DNA from: Felis catus
Taxonomy: Eukaryota
Assembly (NCBI RefSeq): GCF_018350175.1
Contig: NC_058368.1
Span: forward strand, 122,824,001-122,888,000
Reading direction: 5' to 3'
Length of the DNA: 64,000 nt
A program made the position numbers and the translations under genes. The stretch's first letter is position 1. Each line of letters opens with the position of its first letter. This document shows positions 1 through 13,392 of the stretch, in pieces. The notes below the pieces were generated by a model. It made no database searches. It was not told where the DNA came from and saw only the letters and a program-made list of their open reading frames with translations.

Positions 1-146
1 CGTTGGTTATTCTAAAAGAACTCAGGGCACAAGGAGACTTGGCAAAATAAACAGCCAGGCATCCTTAAATGGCTGTCTTTTGATCTTGCTTCCAACTCAG
101 GCCAAGGTCCCTTCCTGGATGCGTTTTTATTAAATATGCTCTAGAG

Positions 147-679
147 CTGTGCTATCCAGTCTGGGGACTACTAGCCACACCAAGTGCTTGAAATGCCCCA
201 GGTCAGAATTGAGACTTGCTCTAAGTGAAAATACACACCAAATTTTGAAGTCTTAGTGTTAAGACAAAGAATGTAGAAATCTTAGTAATCGTTTTTATAT
301 AGATTAGATGTTGAAATAGTATTTTGGATAAATTGGGTTACAAAAAGTATCTTATTAAAACGAGGGGCGCCTGGGTGGCTCAGTCGGTTAAGTGACCGAC
401 TTGTGATTTTGGCTCAGGTCACGATCTCGAGGTTCGTGAGATGGAGCCCAGTGTCTGGCTCTGCACTGGCAGCACAAAACCTGCTTGGGATTCTCTCTCC
501 CTCTCTCTCTGCCCCTCCCATGCATGTGTGCACGCGTGCTCTATGTCTCTGTCTCAAATAAATATTAAAAAAAAACAATGATTCCTTTTATGTTTTATAA
601 TTGTGGTTACAAGAAATTTAAAAATTATATACATGGCTTGCATTTGTGGATCCCATTATATTTCTCCTGGACAGCTTTG
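147..679 (-). mobile_element. MER33-like hAT-Charlie MITE interrupted by a CanSINE
   Basis: Termini ctgtgctatcca...tggacagctttg are imperfect inverted repeats. Flanks ctctagag (139-146) and gtctaggg (680-687) fit the Charlie NTCTAGAN 8-bp target. Body matches recalled MER33. Confidence 0.8.
364..575 (+). mobile_element. CanSINE (SINEC) nested in MER33
   Basis: ggggcgcctgggtggctcagtcggttaag tRNA-like head, (CT)n stretch, aataaa and A tail. Confidence 0.95.
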
Positions 680-869
680 GTCTAGGGTTCTTGGTGTGTT
701 GAATGAATGAACCTGGCTTTCCCCACACTGCTGGTGACACTTCTCTTAGTAAAGCCCAAGTCTGAGGTGATCTATGTACTTGCTCAAAAATCACCCAGGG
801 CTCCTTTATGTTGTAGAATGGAACCCCTACACCTCAGCTTTGCCTTTCAGGCTATCAGAATATTTGGCT

Positions 870-1086
870 GGGGTGCCTGGGTGGCTCAGTCAGTTGAGCA
901 GCTGACTTCTGCTCAGGTCATGATCTCATGGTTCGTGAGTTCCAGCCCCACATCAGGCTTTTTGCTGACAGCTCAGTGTCTGGAGCCTGCTCGGATTCTG
1001 TCTCCCTCTCTCTGCCCCTCCCCCACTCGTGCTCCGACTCTCTCTCTCAAAAGATGAATAAACATTAAAAAAAAAGTGAAAAAAAA
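870..1086 (+). mobile_element. Feline CanSINE
   Basis: Typical head, (CT)n and A tail; degenerate TSD atatttggct/agattcggct. Confidence 0.95.
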
Positions 1087-1859
1087 GATTCGGCTGGACT
1101 TCCAGCTCCCATTTCTGCTTCCTGCTGTACCTCTCCTCACCTGTCCCATACTGCAGGCATGATGAAGGGGGATTATGCTCTTTCCTGCACATGCCCTGAA
1201 TCTCTGTACCCATGTGCCTATGGTTTTCTCTTCCTGACCTGCCCTTCCCTCAGCTCTCTTGGGGATCCTATCATCACTCGTGGCCAGCTAGATGTCACCT
1301 TCTCCAGTCATACCACCCCGACTGCCCAGGACAAACCTCATTTCTCCTGCTTATGTCTTTTCAGTGCACTTGGCTAATACCCCCTTACTGCTCCTTTCTG
1401 CATTTTTCTTTATACTATGGGTATCGTTTTTTGCATGCTTATCTGTCTTCACCACCTCTTCTCCTGCTCCTACTCCAGACTGCAAACTGCTCGAAAGCTG
1501 CCAACAAGCCTTGTTCATCTTTGTCTACCCAGTGGTTGCCAGCACAACACATAATAAAGAGCCTGAGAGTGTGTGTGCAATTAAAGAATGTATGCCAGTA
1601 TGTTTCCCTGGCTAGCCCTCTAACCAGAGGCAAGAATAATACATCCTGTCATATGGTTTAGAGAACACAGACTTGTAGGGTTTCTTGGAGCAACCGCTCA
1701 TCCATCACTTCCCTGCATAAAACAATCAAAGAAACAAATAAACAAAAGACCATCACATATAAGAATGCCTGTCTTCTGCTTGATAATTCTCTCAGCGCTT
1801 CAATAAGGACAACCTAAACCTTACTCCCCATTTTTCTAGAATAAACTCAAGTGACTAGA

Positions 1860-2046
1860 CTATGGGTAGATAAACCACAGCCCATGAGACAAATAATTTC
1901 TTGCCTCTATTTTTGTGAATAAAGTTTTACTGGAACACAGTCATGCTCTTGTCACAATGGAGTTCAGCGGTCTCAGAGAGACTGGTCTGCAAAGCCAAAA
2001 ATCTGTACTATTTTGCCCTCTACAGAAGAAGCTTCCTGATTTCTCT
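1860..2046. mobile_element. MER58A-like hAT-Charlie MITE
   Basis: Characteristic aataaagttttactggaacacagtcatgc and gcaaagccaaaaatctgtactattttgccctctacagaa segments. Confidence 0.7.
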
Positions 2047-3614
2047 TCTAATAATGCAGTTTTTGTGAAAAAAGAGGGCTTATTTTTCATTGATTTAGAA
2101 ACTCTGATAATTTAACTTTAACTCTGATAAAGTTAACTTCAAGTGATAAGAAATTAGTTACCTTCAATTTCAGCAGGTTGTACTTACGTTAGGCCTTTGG
2201 AACATCTTGACTATAAAGGCTGGCAGGTAGCAACTTACTTAACGGAAATTTTAGCAGTTCTTTTGAGAACAATAAATAACTAGTAAAAAGGGACAAAGGA
2301 TAAGTAATTCTGGGTTTGCATTTTTATTTAACAATCTGCTATATCTAAGGAAGTTGCTTTATCCCTCTGAGGATCTTTGCTTATGCTTACAACTTACCCA
2401 TAACAGGATTATTTTGTGGGTTAAATTAGATAATGCTTGGGAAAGTACCTTGAAGTGTAAAGTACTATGAAAAGGAGGGTAATATTACCGACTATAAGAG
2501 GAGATATCCAGGACCTAAAATTATTTATGTCAAACTCTCTGCAGGGGTCTTAGATTATTTCACATTGTGATTCTGTCATTTCCCTCAAATTATAAACACT
2601 GATCCTTTGTGTGTAGATTGGAGATGAATAAAAAAGAAAAAAAATGAAAATATAGGTATACAGAAAATATATTCCAACCTGAAGAAAAAAACAAATACAA
2701 ACACTGGCCTTCCTGTCCATCACTTAAAGGAATCCATAGAACTCAAAGAAAATTCAAAGGCATTGATTGATTACATTTGACATTTTTCATGTCTGCTTAT
2801 TTGGTTGCCATAGAAACTGGCATTTTTGCAGAATTTCTAGGTATGACTTGTTTTTCTAAGCTTGGGAGAAGTGTTTGACTATGAAGGAGACACAAAGGAT
2901 GTGATTGACATTTGGGAGGGAAAAAAAAGCCAATTAAAATTTTTGTAGTAAAATAATTTTCTGAAAATTATTTGCAGCTCAGATTGTACTGGTAAGAAAA
3001 TGGACTTTACCATCTTAATGTAAAAGGTACCCAAAAAGAGAAAAGACTACTCCTGAGTAACAATGAAAAATATAAAGATAATACTTGAAGTGGAAAAAAA
3101 AATACTTGGAAGAAGAAAGAATCCATTTTGATAAGTGGAAATATTTCAGACAAAAATTTCCACTGTATCACATGATGGCATTTATTGGAGGTTTACTGTG
3201 AGTTTGGCACCTTCCCAAAGGCTTTACACACACCACCATGTTTACCCTCAGCAGCTCTGTGATGTAGGTAACGTCTGTGTCACCTGAACGTCAGATGAGA
3301 AGCGTGAGGACTGGTCTCTGTACAAACAGAGTGTGAAGAAGACTGTGGAGAGACCAGTGTGGGCCAGGAGGCGGGTCTGAGTCAGGTCCTGGACCTGCCT
3401 GCTCACTTTGAAACCTCCAGCAAGCTCTTTACCAACCCCAGCCTCAGTTTTCTCATAAGTAAACTGGGATTGGGGGCCTCATTCTCATATGGTTGTGAGG
3501 GCTGACTTAAGATAATGTTTGAAAAGTCCTTTGCAAAGGCTGGAACACCTGGGAGATTAATAATTATCAACTTATAGTTAAATAGTACAGTGTTAATTTT
3601 GACAGATATTGTAC

Positions 3615-3684
3615 ATATTAATACTATTATATCATGCAATGCTATATTAATACCATAATATCATGCAATGCTATATTAATACCA
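3615..3684. repeat. 29-bp-period tandem duplication (~2.4 copies)
   Basis: atatcatgcaatgctatattaatacca at 3629-3655 and 3658-3684, with partial atattaatac upstream. Confidence 0.9.
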
Positions 3685-6019
3685 ACAACATAAATATAAA
3701 AACCCATATTATCAGGCTAAGACTAACATTACTATTATATTAAGACTGTAATAACTATTTTCCTAACAGATACAGATGTTCAAAGGTAAAACTGGGCCTC
3801 CTAGGGATGTCTTGAGTTCCCTAGAATTAGCAGCATCTACTCTTAACTTGGAAGAAACTCAGATTATGTGTGTGCAGGAGTGGGGGGTGGGGTGAGACAG
3901 GACAAGGGGCTGAGCAGTGAGCAGGGCTCTGAAAGATACAGAGGTTTTATGGAAGTGAACAAATCCCTAGGAAAATGTAATCTTACTGAGAAAAGCTGAC
4001 ACTGTGACAGAAGCAAGAACATTTATGACTATCCCACAATGGTCTCGCATTGTATCTTCCGTTCTAGTCTGGCCTTTGAAAAATGCCAGTGTAAATTCTG
4101 CCAAGATAAAGATGGTGATGTTTGAGCTTTGACGTGACCTTAGAAATCTAGGTTTAAAAATTGGATGGCCTTGTCCAAGATAAGGAAGTTGAGAGGTTAT
4201 CAAGGCAAGACAAGCTAATGTTAAACTTTGGTGTGGATTATCTGCCTTGGATGTTCCAGGAGATCCAAACTCACAGTAAGCAGGCAGGGGGTCTCCCAGG
4301 CACTAAGTACCACTCAGTCAGGAGATAAGAAGGAGGGAAAAGCTCCCACTATCACAAGGTTGCTTATAAGGGCAATTTTATACGACTGGGAAGGTACAAA
4401 GGCTTCTATTGTTGCATTTCTTACTTTTAGGCATTTAACACTTCCTGAAAACAAAACAAAAAGTGCATAAGGCAAGAAATACTGCCTCCCAAATTGGGGC
4501 CTTGAATGTGGAGGCTCCCTAGCAGTCACCTGAGGACAAGGGTTGGCTGATTTTCTGGGAGTCCTGGAGGCAACAAGATATTCAGTATTACCCAGGTCAT
4601 CCGGGAATTCCCATTTCGGCTCCTTCCTCCACTTGCTGTGTCATTGGGAGCACATCACTTAAATGAGTTAAGAACTCATTCTCTTTTTCAGAGAAATTGG
4701 AATAGTAATTACACCTTGCCCTCCTCCCAGGCTCGCTGGGAGGTCTGAAAGTGTTCTGCAGTCTGAGGGCTGTTCCAGTTGTGCAAACTCCTGTCTGGAG
4801 CTGACTACTCCAGAACCTGCAACCCAGGCCTGCTGCTTTGCTGCCTCCAGCGTAGAGCCCTGTTCTCTGCTACCTGGGCCTCCAAGCCCTCTGTCACTGT
4901 GCCCTTGGGGTTCACTGGAGCTGTAGGCTGCCTCTGAGGAAAAGTAGGAAGCCCTAGGGAATTGGTGAGTGGATTTCACATCTCACAGCAATCCCCCATG
5001 AGCTCACACCCTGGGCAGTGGATCATGGCCTCACGCTGTCCACAGGAGAGAAAAACAGAGGAAAACACCGAAGCCTAATGGCTCAGAGGGCTGGTCCAAA
5101 AAAGAGACAGACCTGGATGGAAATCCTTTCTCTGCTCAAGCCTCGGGCTTTCTACCTAAATAAATAAATTTATGCCAGGGGGTTGTTGGGAAAGTTTCTA
5201 AAAGGCAACATGAGAATGTTCTCAACAAGTAGCAGTGAGCACCTCCTTCATTCCAGGCAGTACTCAAATCACTGAAGGCATTTTCCCTAGGGGGTACCTT
5301 AAGCACACATGGTCTCTTACCCATGAGAAGCTTACATTATACTGAGAGTGAGGGAGTCAGCAGGCGATACATAAGCAGAACATGATACCTTCAGACAGTA
5401 CAGAGTTCTATGACACAGGTACAGCAGGGTGATGTGACAGAGTAAATGGATGTAGGGGAAGAGGCATCACCTAGACCAGGGGGCCAGGGGACATCTGACC
5501 CCTGAGGATCCTGAGAGCTATCTCCATGCAGGAAGAGCTGGAGCACACAGTTGCCTTCCCTGACGTATCCCTACCATTCTGGAAGGACTGTAGCGACTCT
5601 ATGCTCTCCACAATCCGCTCATTTTATAGACATGAATGTGCTGGCTCAGAAATGACAAGGACATACAGCACAGAGGCCTCACTTTCTGTTCCCTCCTACC
5701 CACCACAGGGGCCTCCCCAGTTCCATCTTCTCAGTCATTATGCTTGGAGTTCAGTCAAAACGACCGACTTCCCTGAATTGTTATTCCTATCAGTGCTTGG
5801 CAACTCTTGTAGACAAATTTCTACTAACTATATGTTGATTGTGTCTAGTATTTTTGTTTCATTTCCTCGGAGTGGAAACGCAGACATCTATGGGGGAAGG
5901 GTTCATCTACTCCCACCCCCAACACTTTGTTTCTTCATTTGTAATTTGCATAATAGTGTAGAACAAACTTCTGCCATTCTTTCTTTCTTTGCTGAAGGTT
6001 TCCATTTTTTTCCGGACCT

Positions 6020-6187
6020 TTAAATTTTTTTAAGTTTATTTATTTATTTGGAGAGAGGGGCAGACAGAATCTCTGCACTGTCATCGCAGAGCCCAATGCA
6101 GGACTCGAAATCACGAACCATGAGATCGTGACTTGAGCAAAAACCAAGAGTCAGACACTTAACCAACTGAGCCACCCAGGTGCCCCA
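6020..6187 (-). mobile_element. CanSINE, internally shortened
   Basis: Reverse-complement head ttaaccaactgagccacccaggtgcccc and tttatttattt tail. Confidence 0.9.
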
Positions 6188-6196
6188 GATCTTCCC

Positions 6197-6381
6197 TTTT
6201 TTTATATATTAAATATAATTTATTGTCAAATTGGTTTCCATACAACACCTAGTGCTCATCCCAACAGGTGCCCTCCTCAATGCCCATCACCCACTTTCCC
6301 CTCTCCCCCAACCCCCATCAACCCTTCAGTTTGTTCTCAGTATTTAAGACCATGGGGGAGGGAAAGGGAGAAAAAAAGTTA
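6197..6381 (-). mobile_element. Short feline L1 3' end with an inverted 5' segment
   Basis: 6197-6349 is the antisense of the feline L1 3' terminus (aatttattgtcaaattggtttccatacaacac...). 6346-6381 (aagaccatgggggagggaaaggg...gtta) is upstream L1 3'UTR sequence in the opposite orientation. Confidence 0.75.
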
Positions 6382-6414
6382 CCTTCTTATTTTTTAAGAG
6401 CATAGGTTCTGTAA

Positions 6415-7265
6415 GACATGGAAATAACCTAAGTCCATCAATGGATGAATGGTTAAAGAAAGTGTGTATACACACATTATATAAAGTACATATACACAAT
6501 AAACTATCATTAAGCCACTAAAAAGAAGGCAATCTTGCCATTAGCAAGAACACAGTTGGACCCTGAGAGTATTATGCTAAGTGAAATAAGTCAGAGACAG
6601 AAAAACAAACACTATGTGATCTCACTTGGATGAGGAATCTAAAAACCTTGAACCCATAGATACAGAGAACAGATTGGTGGGTGTCAGAGGCCGGGGGTTA
6701 CAGGTGGGAGAAATGGGTAAAGGCGGTTAAAAGGGAAAAACTCCTAATTGTAAGATGAATAAGATCTGGGAATGTAACGTACAGCATGGTGGGTATAATT
6801 AACAAGACTGTACTGCATATTTGAAACTTTTGAAGACAGAAGGGCACCTGGGTGACCCTCAGTTGGTTAAATGTCCAACTCTTGATTTCAGCTGAAGTCA
6901 TGATCTCACGGTTTGTGGGGTGGAGCCCCACGTCAGGATTTTAGCTGACAGCGTGGAGCCTGCTTGGGATTCTCTCTCTCTCCCCGCTCCTCTTTTGTGC
7001 CTGCAGACTCTCTTTCTCTCTCTCTCTCTCAAAATAAATAAGTAAACTTTTAAAAAAGATATAGAACATTTAAAAACAAGAAAGTTGTGAAGAGAGGAGA
7101 TCTTAAAAGTTCTCATCACAAGAAAAAATATTTTGTAACTATGTGAGGTGATGGATGTTGAGTAAACTTCTTGTAATCATTCTTTAATATATACATATGT
7201 CAAATCATTATGTCGTACACCTAAAATGAATACAATGTGATATATCAGTTATAGCTCAATAAAGC
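6415..7265 (+). mobile_element. L1MA-type 3' end interrupted by a CanSINE (6841-7055)
   Basis: aacctaagtccatcaatggatgaatgg, attatgctaagtgaaataagtcagagacag, gatcttaaaagttctcatcacaagaaa, ctcaataaagctggg. Confidence 0.9.
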
Positions 7266-8544
7266 TGGGGAAAATGTATCAGAAAAGAAAATAATAGACT
7301 TTGGAGGAGACGCAAAGGGAGTGGAAGAACCAGTTCTGCCACCTAGTAACATGTGACTCCGGGTAAATTATGTTACTTCACTGAGCCTCAGTTTCCTCAC
7401 CTGTAATATGGGGATAACAACAATGCCGACCTACACTTGAATCATAATAATGAACATGCTTGACACAAACTCACTATTCAAGACCAACATACCCACACAC
7501 ATCCGTATGAAGTAGACACTGCTATTCTCCCATTTGACAGAGGAGGAAAAGGAAACACAGAGGGATTTTAAAACCTCCTCAGGGTCACCCAGGTGCTAAG
7601 TGAGAGAGGTGCAGTGATGTCAGGATGAAATGTGCTTATTACAGTGTGTGACAGATAGTACACGTTCACATTCAATAATGTGTAGCTATTTATATAATCA
7701 GTTTAAAACATTCATGACTCTGTCTGCAGTGTGTTCTGTAAATGTCAGTGGGAAGATGTGTCTTTCTGGAAAAATGAGTAATGCTCCATCGTTCCAAAGG
7801 TTTCCCCTCTTTACCTTGCCCATTTCTCAGTAGCTGAACTGTGATTTTATCATGATAGCCTAGGAGCCAAACTGAGAGGATGAGTTCCATCTTGGCATTG
7901 TCTATATTCTCTCTCCTAAAGCCTGGGCCTTTGGAAACACAATCATATTTATTTTAATAAAACTGCTTTATGACTTGCCTTTGCTCTTTGGGGAAGGCTG
8001 CTGACAGGCGGTGGGGCTTTGTTTTAGTCCCTGTGCTGGGACTGTAATTAACTGCCACAGAGAGGGAGACTGGGGGCAGCCAGCAGAGAGAAGGATAAGG
8101 GCAGTGCTTTTCTACACGAGCTGACTTCCAGGCTCTTGTCAGAGGAAGGGGAGGTTACATTTGATCTGCTGGCTTAGATACCAGTGCCAGGCCCTGAATA
8201 AACAGGTAGCCCTGTCCACGCTCAAGACTTCCCCCTTTTAAAAGACTTGAATGTGTGCAAAATTGGCAGTGGTAGGGTCTGCAGGACCTCTGCCTTTTGA
8301 AACCTCAGGAGTCTGCTCTCCGTAAATCAGCGTCAGTTTATGGCTACCGGTCTCCAGATGGACAGGCTTCTCCCATGAATGGAGTTTGTCATCCTGTCAT
8401 TACTACAATTAAAGGAGTCGGCCTCCCTTGAAACGTTATGCTGCCCCAGGGAAAGTTAAAACTGGTGAAATGTTCATAGACTGTCAGACCTGGAAGGAAT
8501 CTTAGAGTGGTATGTTTGCCAACAAGAAGGCAGAGAGCCACCTC

Positions 8545-8692
8545 CACGGGGACTGCCTGGACGGTCTGCTAGAGGTACAAGTCCTGGCCCTCACCATGCC
8601 TGCTTTATCAGAATCTTTGCGCTGTGGGCCCAGAGATCTCAATTTTTAATGAGTTCCCCCAGGTTATTCTAATTCACAGTGATGCTTGAGAG
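8545..8692. mobile_element. MER5-like hAT-Charlie MITE
   Basis: atcagaatct...gggcccagagatctcaatttttaatgagttcccccaggttattct motif. Confidence 0.6.
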
Positions 8693-9019
8693 ACAAAGAT
8701 ATGCAGAAACACATTCAATCATCTGAATTATGGGTCAAGGTATTGAGACACTTAAATTTGTCCCCGAGGAGAGATAAACACAAGGCCTTGGTCTACTGAC
8801 TCTCAAATGAGTGTTTCTGTTTTGTTTTATTCTCTTTGTTTTTATGATATCACATCCCTTTTAGCTTCATGGAAAAAAGCTTCCTTCACAAATTTTACAA
8901 TGGGGTCTGGTTATCCAAGGTTAAGCCTTAGCAGAGACAGGAGGCAAGGGGCTTTGGCAGATCCAAGCTTTATTATTGCTGAAACCAGGAGAATACATAT
9001 TTGGGAAAATAAATAATTT

Positions 9020-9429
9020 TAAAAATTGTTTAAGTTTATTTATTTTGAGAGAGAGAGAGAGCAAGAGCAGGAGAGGGGCAGACAGAGAGGGAGGGAGAGA
9101 GAATCCCAAGCAGGCTCCACACTGTGGACACAGAGCCCGATGTAAGGCTCGAACCCATGACCTGGTGGAAGTCAAGAGTTGGATGCTTAACTGACTGAGC
9201 CACCCAGGTGGCCCAATAATTAATTTTTTTAATGTTTATTCATTATTTTTGAGACAGGGACGGAGTGTGAGCAGGGGAGGGACAAGAGAGAGGGAGACAG
9301 AATTTGAAGCAGGCTCCAGGCTCCGAGTTGTCAACACAGAGCCAACCACAGGGCTCGAACTCACAAACCGTGAGATCACGACCTGAGCTGAAGGTAGACG
9401 CTCAACCAACTGAGCCACCCAGGCACCCC
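9020..9429 (-). mobile_element. Two tandem CanSINEs (9020-9213 and 9222-9429)
   Basis: Two reverse-complement heads, each followed by ccaataattaa. Confidence 0.93.
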
Positions 9430-9959
9430 AATAATTAAAATTTAATAGCAATGTCAAGGAAGAAGATACAGATAAAAAAGAATAAGGATATTGATTTTTG
9501 ATCTATAGCTAGATCAGGAACTATTCGTGTTACTACAGAAAGAGTTATCTACATAGGGCAACTTTATGCTGGCAGTTGCCTGGTTTGGAGGGAGCAAAAT
9601 GTCTCCTGTATGTCGGATATTTGAAAATACTTTCCTGTCTGTGACCCTATTTGATATCTGCACCACTCTGGAGAGATAAGTGTTAGCATATTCAGCTAAG
9701 AGATGAGATTCAGAGGAGTGAAGAGACTTTCCTAAATTGAGTTAGCAACTGACTCAGGTACAGAGGTATTAGAAAGAATATTACTATGAATAATTTTTTA
9801 GGAGTATACCAGGTGCCTAGCATCTCTCTGAGCGTGTAATACAAATTTTCTCATCCAATCATCATGACTGCTTTACATACTTGCCTAACTGGAACCTCAT
9901 CAGAGCTCTTGAGATAGCAGGATGTTGCTGACGAAGCTAAGGTATAAGGAATGAATCAC

Positions 9960-10570
9960 CCTTCATTCGTTCCTCTGCTCAGTCGACAAACCCAGGCTAA
10001 GCTTTTCAGTTCTAGACATTTATTTAGGTTCTGGGGATAGAGGTCAGGTAGGACTCTGCTTTCTTGGAGATTACACTGGACAGCAGAAATAAGCACTAAA
10101 CAAGTAAATAGATAAATACAGAAATCACTATTAAATGAATCAAAATAGGCTATGGAAGTAACTGGGCATGAGAAGTGTACTATCTTAGAGACTGTGACAG
10201 ATGGTAGGTACCAGAGCTGACATAGGAAAGAGGTACACAGCTGCCTGGGGGCAAAGGGGCAAAGGCCCTAATTGTGATCAGTGGATATTTTGATCCAGCA
10301 AAGAGGATATAACAGAGTCATCCGGGGTAAAGTACTGTGAGATTGCTCATCGAGGGGCGGAAGAGATATCCTGTAGTGGTAGGGAAAACCCTTTGGCTTT
10401 GAGAAAGGGTTAGAAGCCGCTGAAGGGTTTGAGAAGAGGAGTGACCTGATACGATCTATTTTAGAAAGGCTGTCCTGTGCCATACCGGGAAGAACCCGTA
10501 GAGGGCAGGGCGGAGCTCGCCCAGGACAGGACAACTAAGAAGTGGTGGGAGGGAGTGGGGGTGGATGTCG
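9960..10570 (-). mobile_element. L2 fragment
   Basis: cattcgttc start; gggttttgag-like gggtttgagaagaggagtgacctgatacgatctattttagaaagg segment typical of antisense L2. Confidence 0.6.
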
Positions 10571-10677
10571 TCTCAATGATTATAGCTGGTTTCCTGAACC
10601 AGGCTTCCTGAGGAGGCAGAGATCAGTCTCATGAGCATGTTATTTTCACCTTCTGTGAATCCTGTGCTCGAGTCCTG

Positions 10678-10678
<1 letters not shown>

Positions 10679-10720
<42 letters not shown>
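10679..10720. repeat. (CA)21 microsatellite
   Basis: Perfect dinucleotide run about 130 nt into the intron after the exon donor. Confidence 0.98.
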
Positions 10721-10724
<4 letters not shown>

Positions 10725-10759
10725 AATCTCCATAAATACAGGGGTTATTGCTCTTCTCA

Positions 10760-11128
<369 letters not shown>

Positions 11129-11394
11129 CTGATTAGAGGCAGAGACAGCGGTTACTGCTGTGGCAGAGACCTGGGAGAAGTGCCAGGCGGTGTCTCTCAG
11201 CCTGAGCAACATGTAGGAGCCTCCTCCTGAGGGATCCTGTCCCCAGATCCTCCCCTCCACCTTGCACATATATTTAGAGCGATCTTTCCAAAGATCTGGT
11301 CTGGTCATGTTGATGCCCTGCTCAAAATCCTCCAAAGACCTATGAGTATTTGAGTGTATCTTTCATATCTTGGAGTGCTCTTTATGTCTTTCAG

Positions 11395-11502
11395 CTCAGG
11401 TTCTCTTTCCCTCTCTCTCTGCCTCTACCCTGCTAGCACTCACTCATGCCACACACACACTCCCTCTCCCTCAAATAAAATGTAAAAAAAATTAAAAAAA
11501 AA
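11395..11502 (+). mobile_element. Truncated CanSINE 3' part
   Basis: (CT)n, caaaataaaatgt and A tail without a full head. Confidence 0.7.
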
Positions 11503-13211
11503 ATAAGCACTAGTTCTTTCAGAAGTATAGACAAGGACTTCTCCCTCCAGTGGGGTGAGTAAGGAGTTTCCTTGAAGAAGGTGGCACTGGCCTGGAATTT
11601 GAGGAGTAGGATGTTAATGGATTTGGAAACAGGTGAAGCATTCTGAGCGAAAGAAATGGCAGGTGCTGATATACAACAAAAACAAACAAACAAACAAACA
11701 AACAACCACAGTAACTATTTTGTGGGGAAAAAATGGGGGCCTGATCCATTAGGCAGAGTATGGTTGATGGGCACTAATACTGGACAGGGTGCCTGGAAAT
11801 GACAGATGGTGGGAGATCTGGAACATCAACCTTAAAATTTTGGAATCTTACATTTTTAGTAAGCAATGGAAGCCATTGAAGTTCGTGGCAGGTGGATACC
11901 CTAACAGGGAAATGCTTTGGTGTAGTCATTCTGATGGCAAAGTGGGGAGAAAATGCAGGTAGGGAGACTAGATAGAAGGCTACCGAACTTTCCAAGGTGA
12001 AGGATGATGAAGTCCTAAACAGACCAGTAGCAAGAAGAGAGTGAAAAAGAGGGATGTGTCTTGATCTACAAATTCTTAAATGCTTTGCAGGAACGGGATC
12101 AGAAAAATATGGGTATGAAACTGTTAAAGTCAATGGGAAAAACATGGCAAGATACTAGAGAAAGTTTGTCACAAACCTTTTTGAAAATTGGGTATTGTGT
12201 ACACGGAGGTGCTTCAGTCCACAACTATGGGGAACTCCTACTGGTCACCCATATGTTCTGGCAGCTGCTGCTCTCTCAAGGCCCATGGTATACAGCCTGG
12301 AGGACCATGCTGGGATCCTGGGCTTCCTGCCATTTCTACGTGAGCACTGAGGCCCTGCCCTTTGGAGTGTGACCCTAGGGAAAGGGCTAGGGAGAGGTTA
12401 GGAGGCAGGGAGGACCAGTCTGTCTCCAGAAGTCATGGAACTATCCACCATTTTCCACCCTAATCTGGATGCTGGCGTTGTTCTTCATGCTTATTTTGCA
12501 AATGCTGCCAAAGTATTTAAGTGTACAGGTGGGAGATGTCTAAGAGGCCACCATTCTTTGCTTTTAGAGTTGAAATGAATTTAACAAGCTTTTATTGGAT
12601 TTTTATGACAAACACTGCTAGGCACCAAGCTAAATGAGACAGTATTTAACTTCAAGAAGGTGCTAGGCGAGTAAACTCACACATGTATGTTAACAGGTTT
12701 CTCTTCCTCTAGCTGATCTCTAAATATTGCTGGTCCCCGGGGTTCCCCAAAGTTATCTCCTCTGGTCCCACCTATAGAGTAATGACTCCCCATTTTATAT
12801 CCATAGCCCTGACCGTTCCCCAAATCCTGACTCACATATTCAACATCTTACTTACCAATTCTACCGGGATATTTGACTGGCCTATCAAACCTAACCTAAA
12901 ACATGGATGTCTTTATTACTACTACCTCACAGCCTTATTCCCTCCAGGCTTCCCATATCAATAAATGCACCACGACAGGCCCAGTTGTTTAGATCTAAGC
13001 TTAGAAGCCATCCTTTTTTCTTGTATCCATCATTTCTCTTCTCTAGTCCACCGAGGGTCCTGTTTGTGTTTCCTATAAAATATGACTCCCTTTGGTCAAC
13101 TTCTCTCAAACCCCTATGGTGCTGCCAGAACACAAAAAAAGGAGGAATTTGAGGAAAGCTTCATAGTCACTTCATAGCCTCATGGTCTTCCTGGATGAAA
13201 TAAGGCTTTCC

Positions 13212-13392
13212 TTTTCTTCTTTTTAATGTTTATTTATTTTTGAGAGAGAGAGAGAAAGCGTGCATGCACATGAGTGGGGGAGGGGCGGGGGGGTGGAGAG
13301 AGGATCTGAAGCGGGCTCTGTACTCCCAAACTGCGCTCAAACTCATAAACTGCAAGATCATGACCCGAGCTGAAGTTGGATGGTTAACCGAC
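13212..13392 (-). mobile_element. CanSINE missing its 5' terminus
   Basis: aatgtttatttattttt(ga)n ... gatcatgacccgagctgaagttggatggttaaccgac. Confidence 0.85.

Noticed and set aside
5526..6023. 165-aa + strand ORF
   Set aside because: No recognisable domain or exon context; ends in a SINE tail; this length is plausible by chance in 64 kb.
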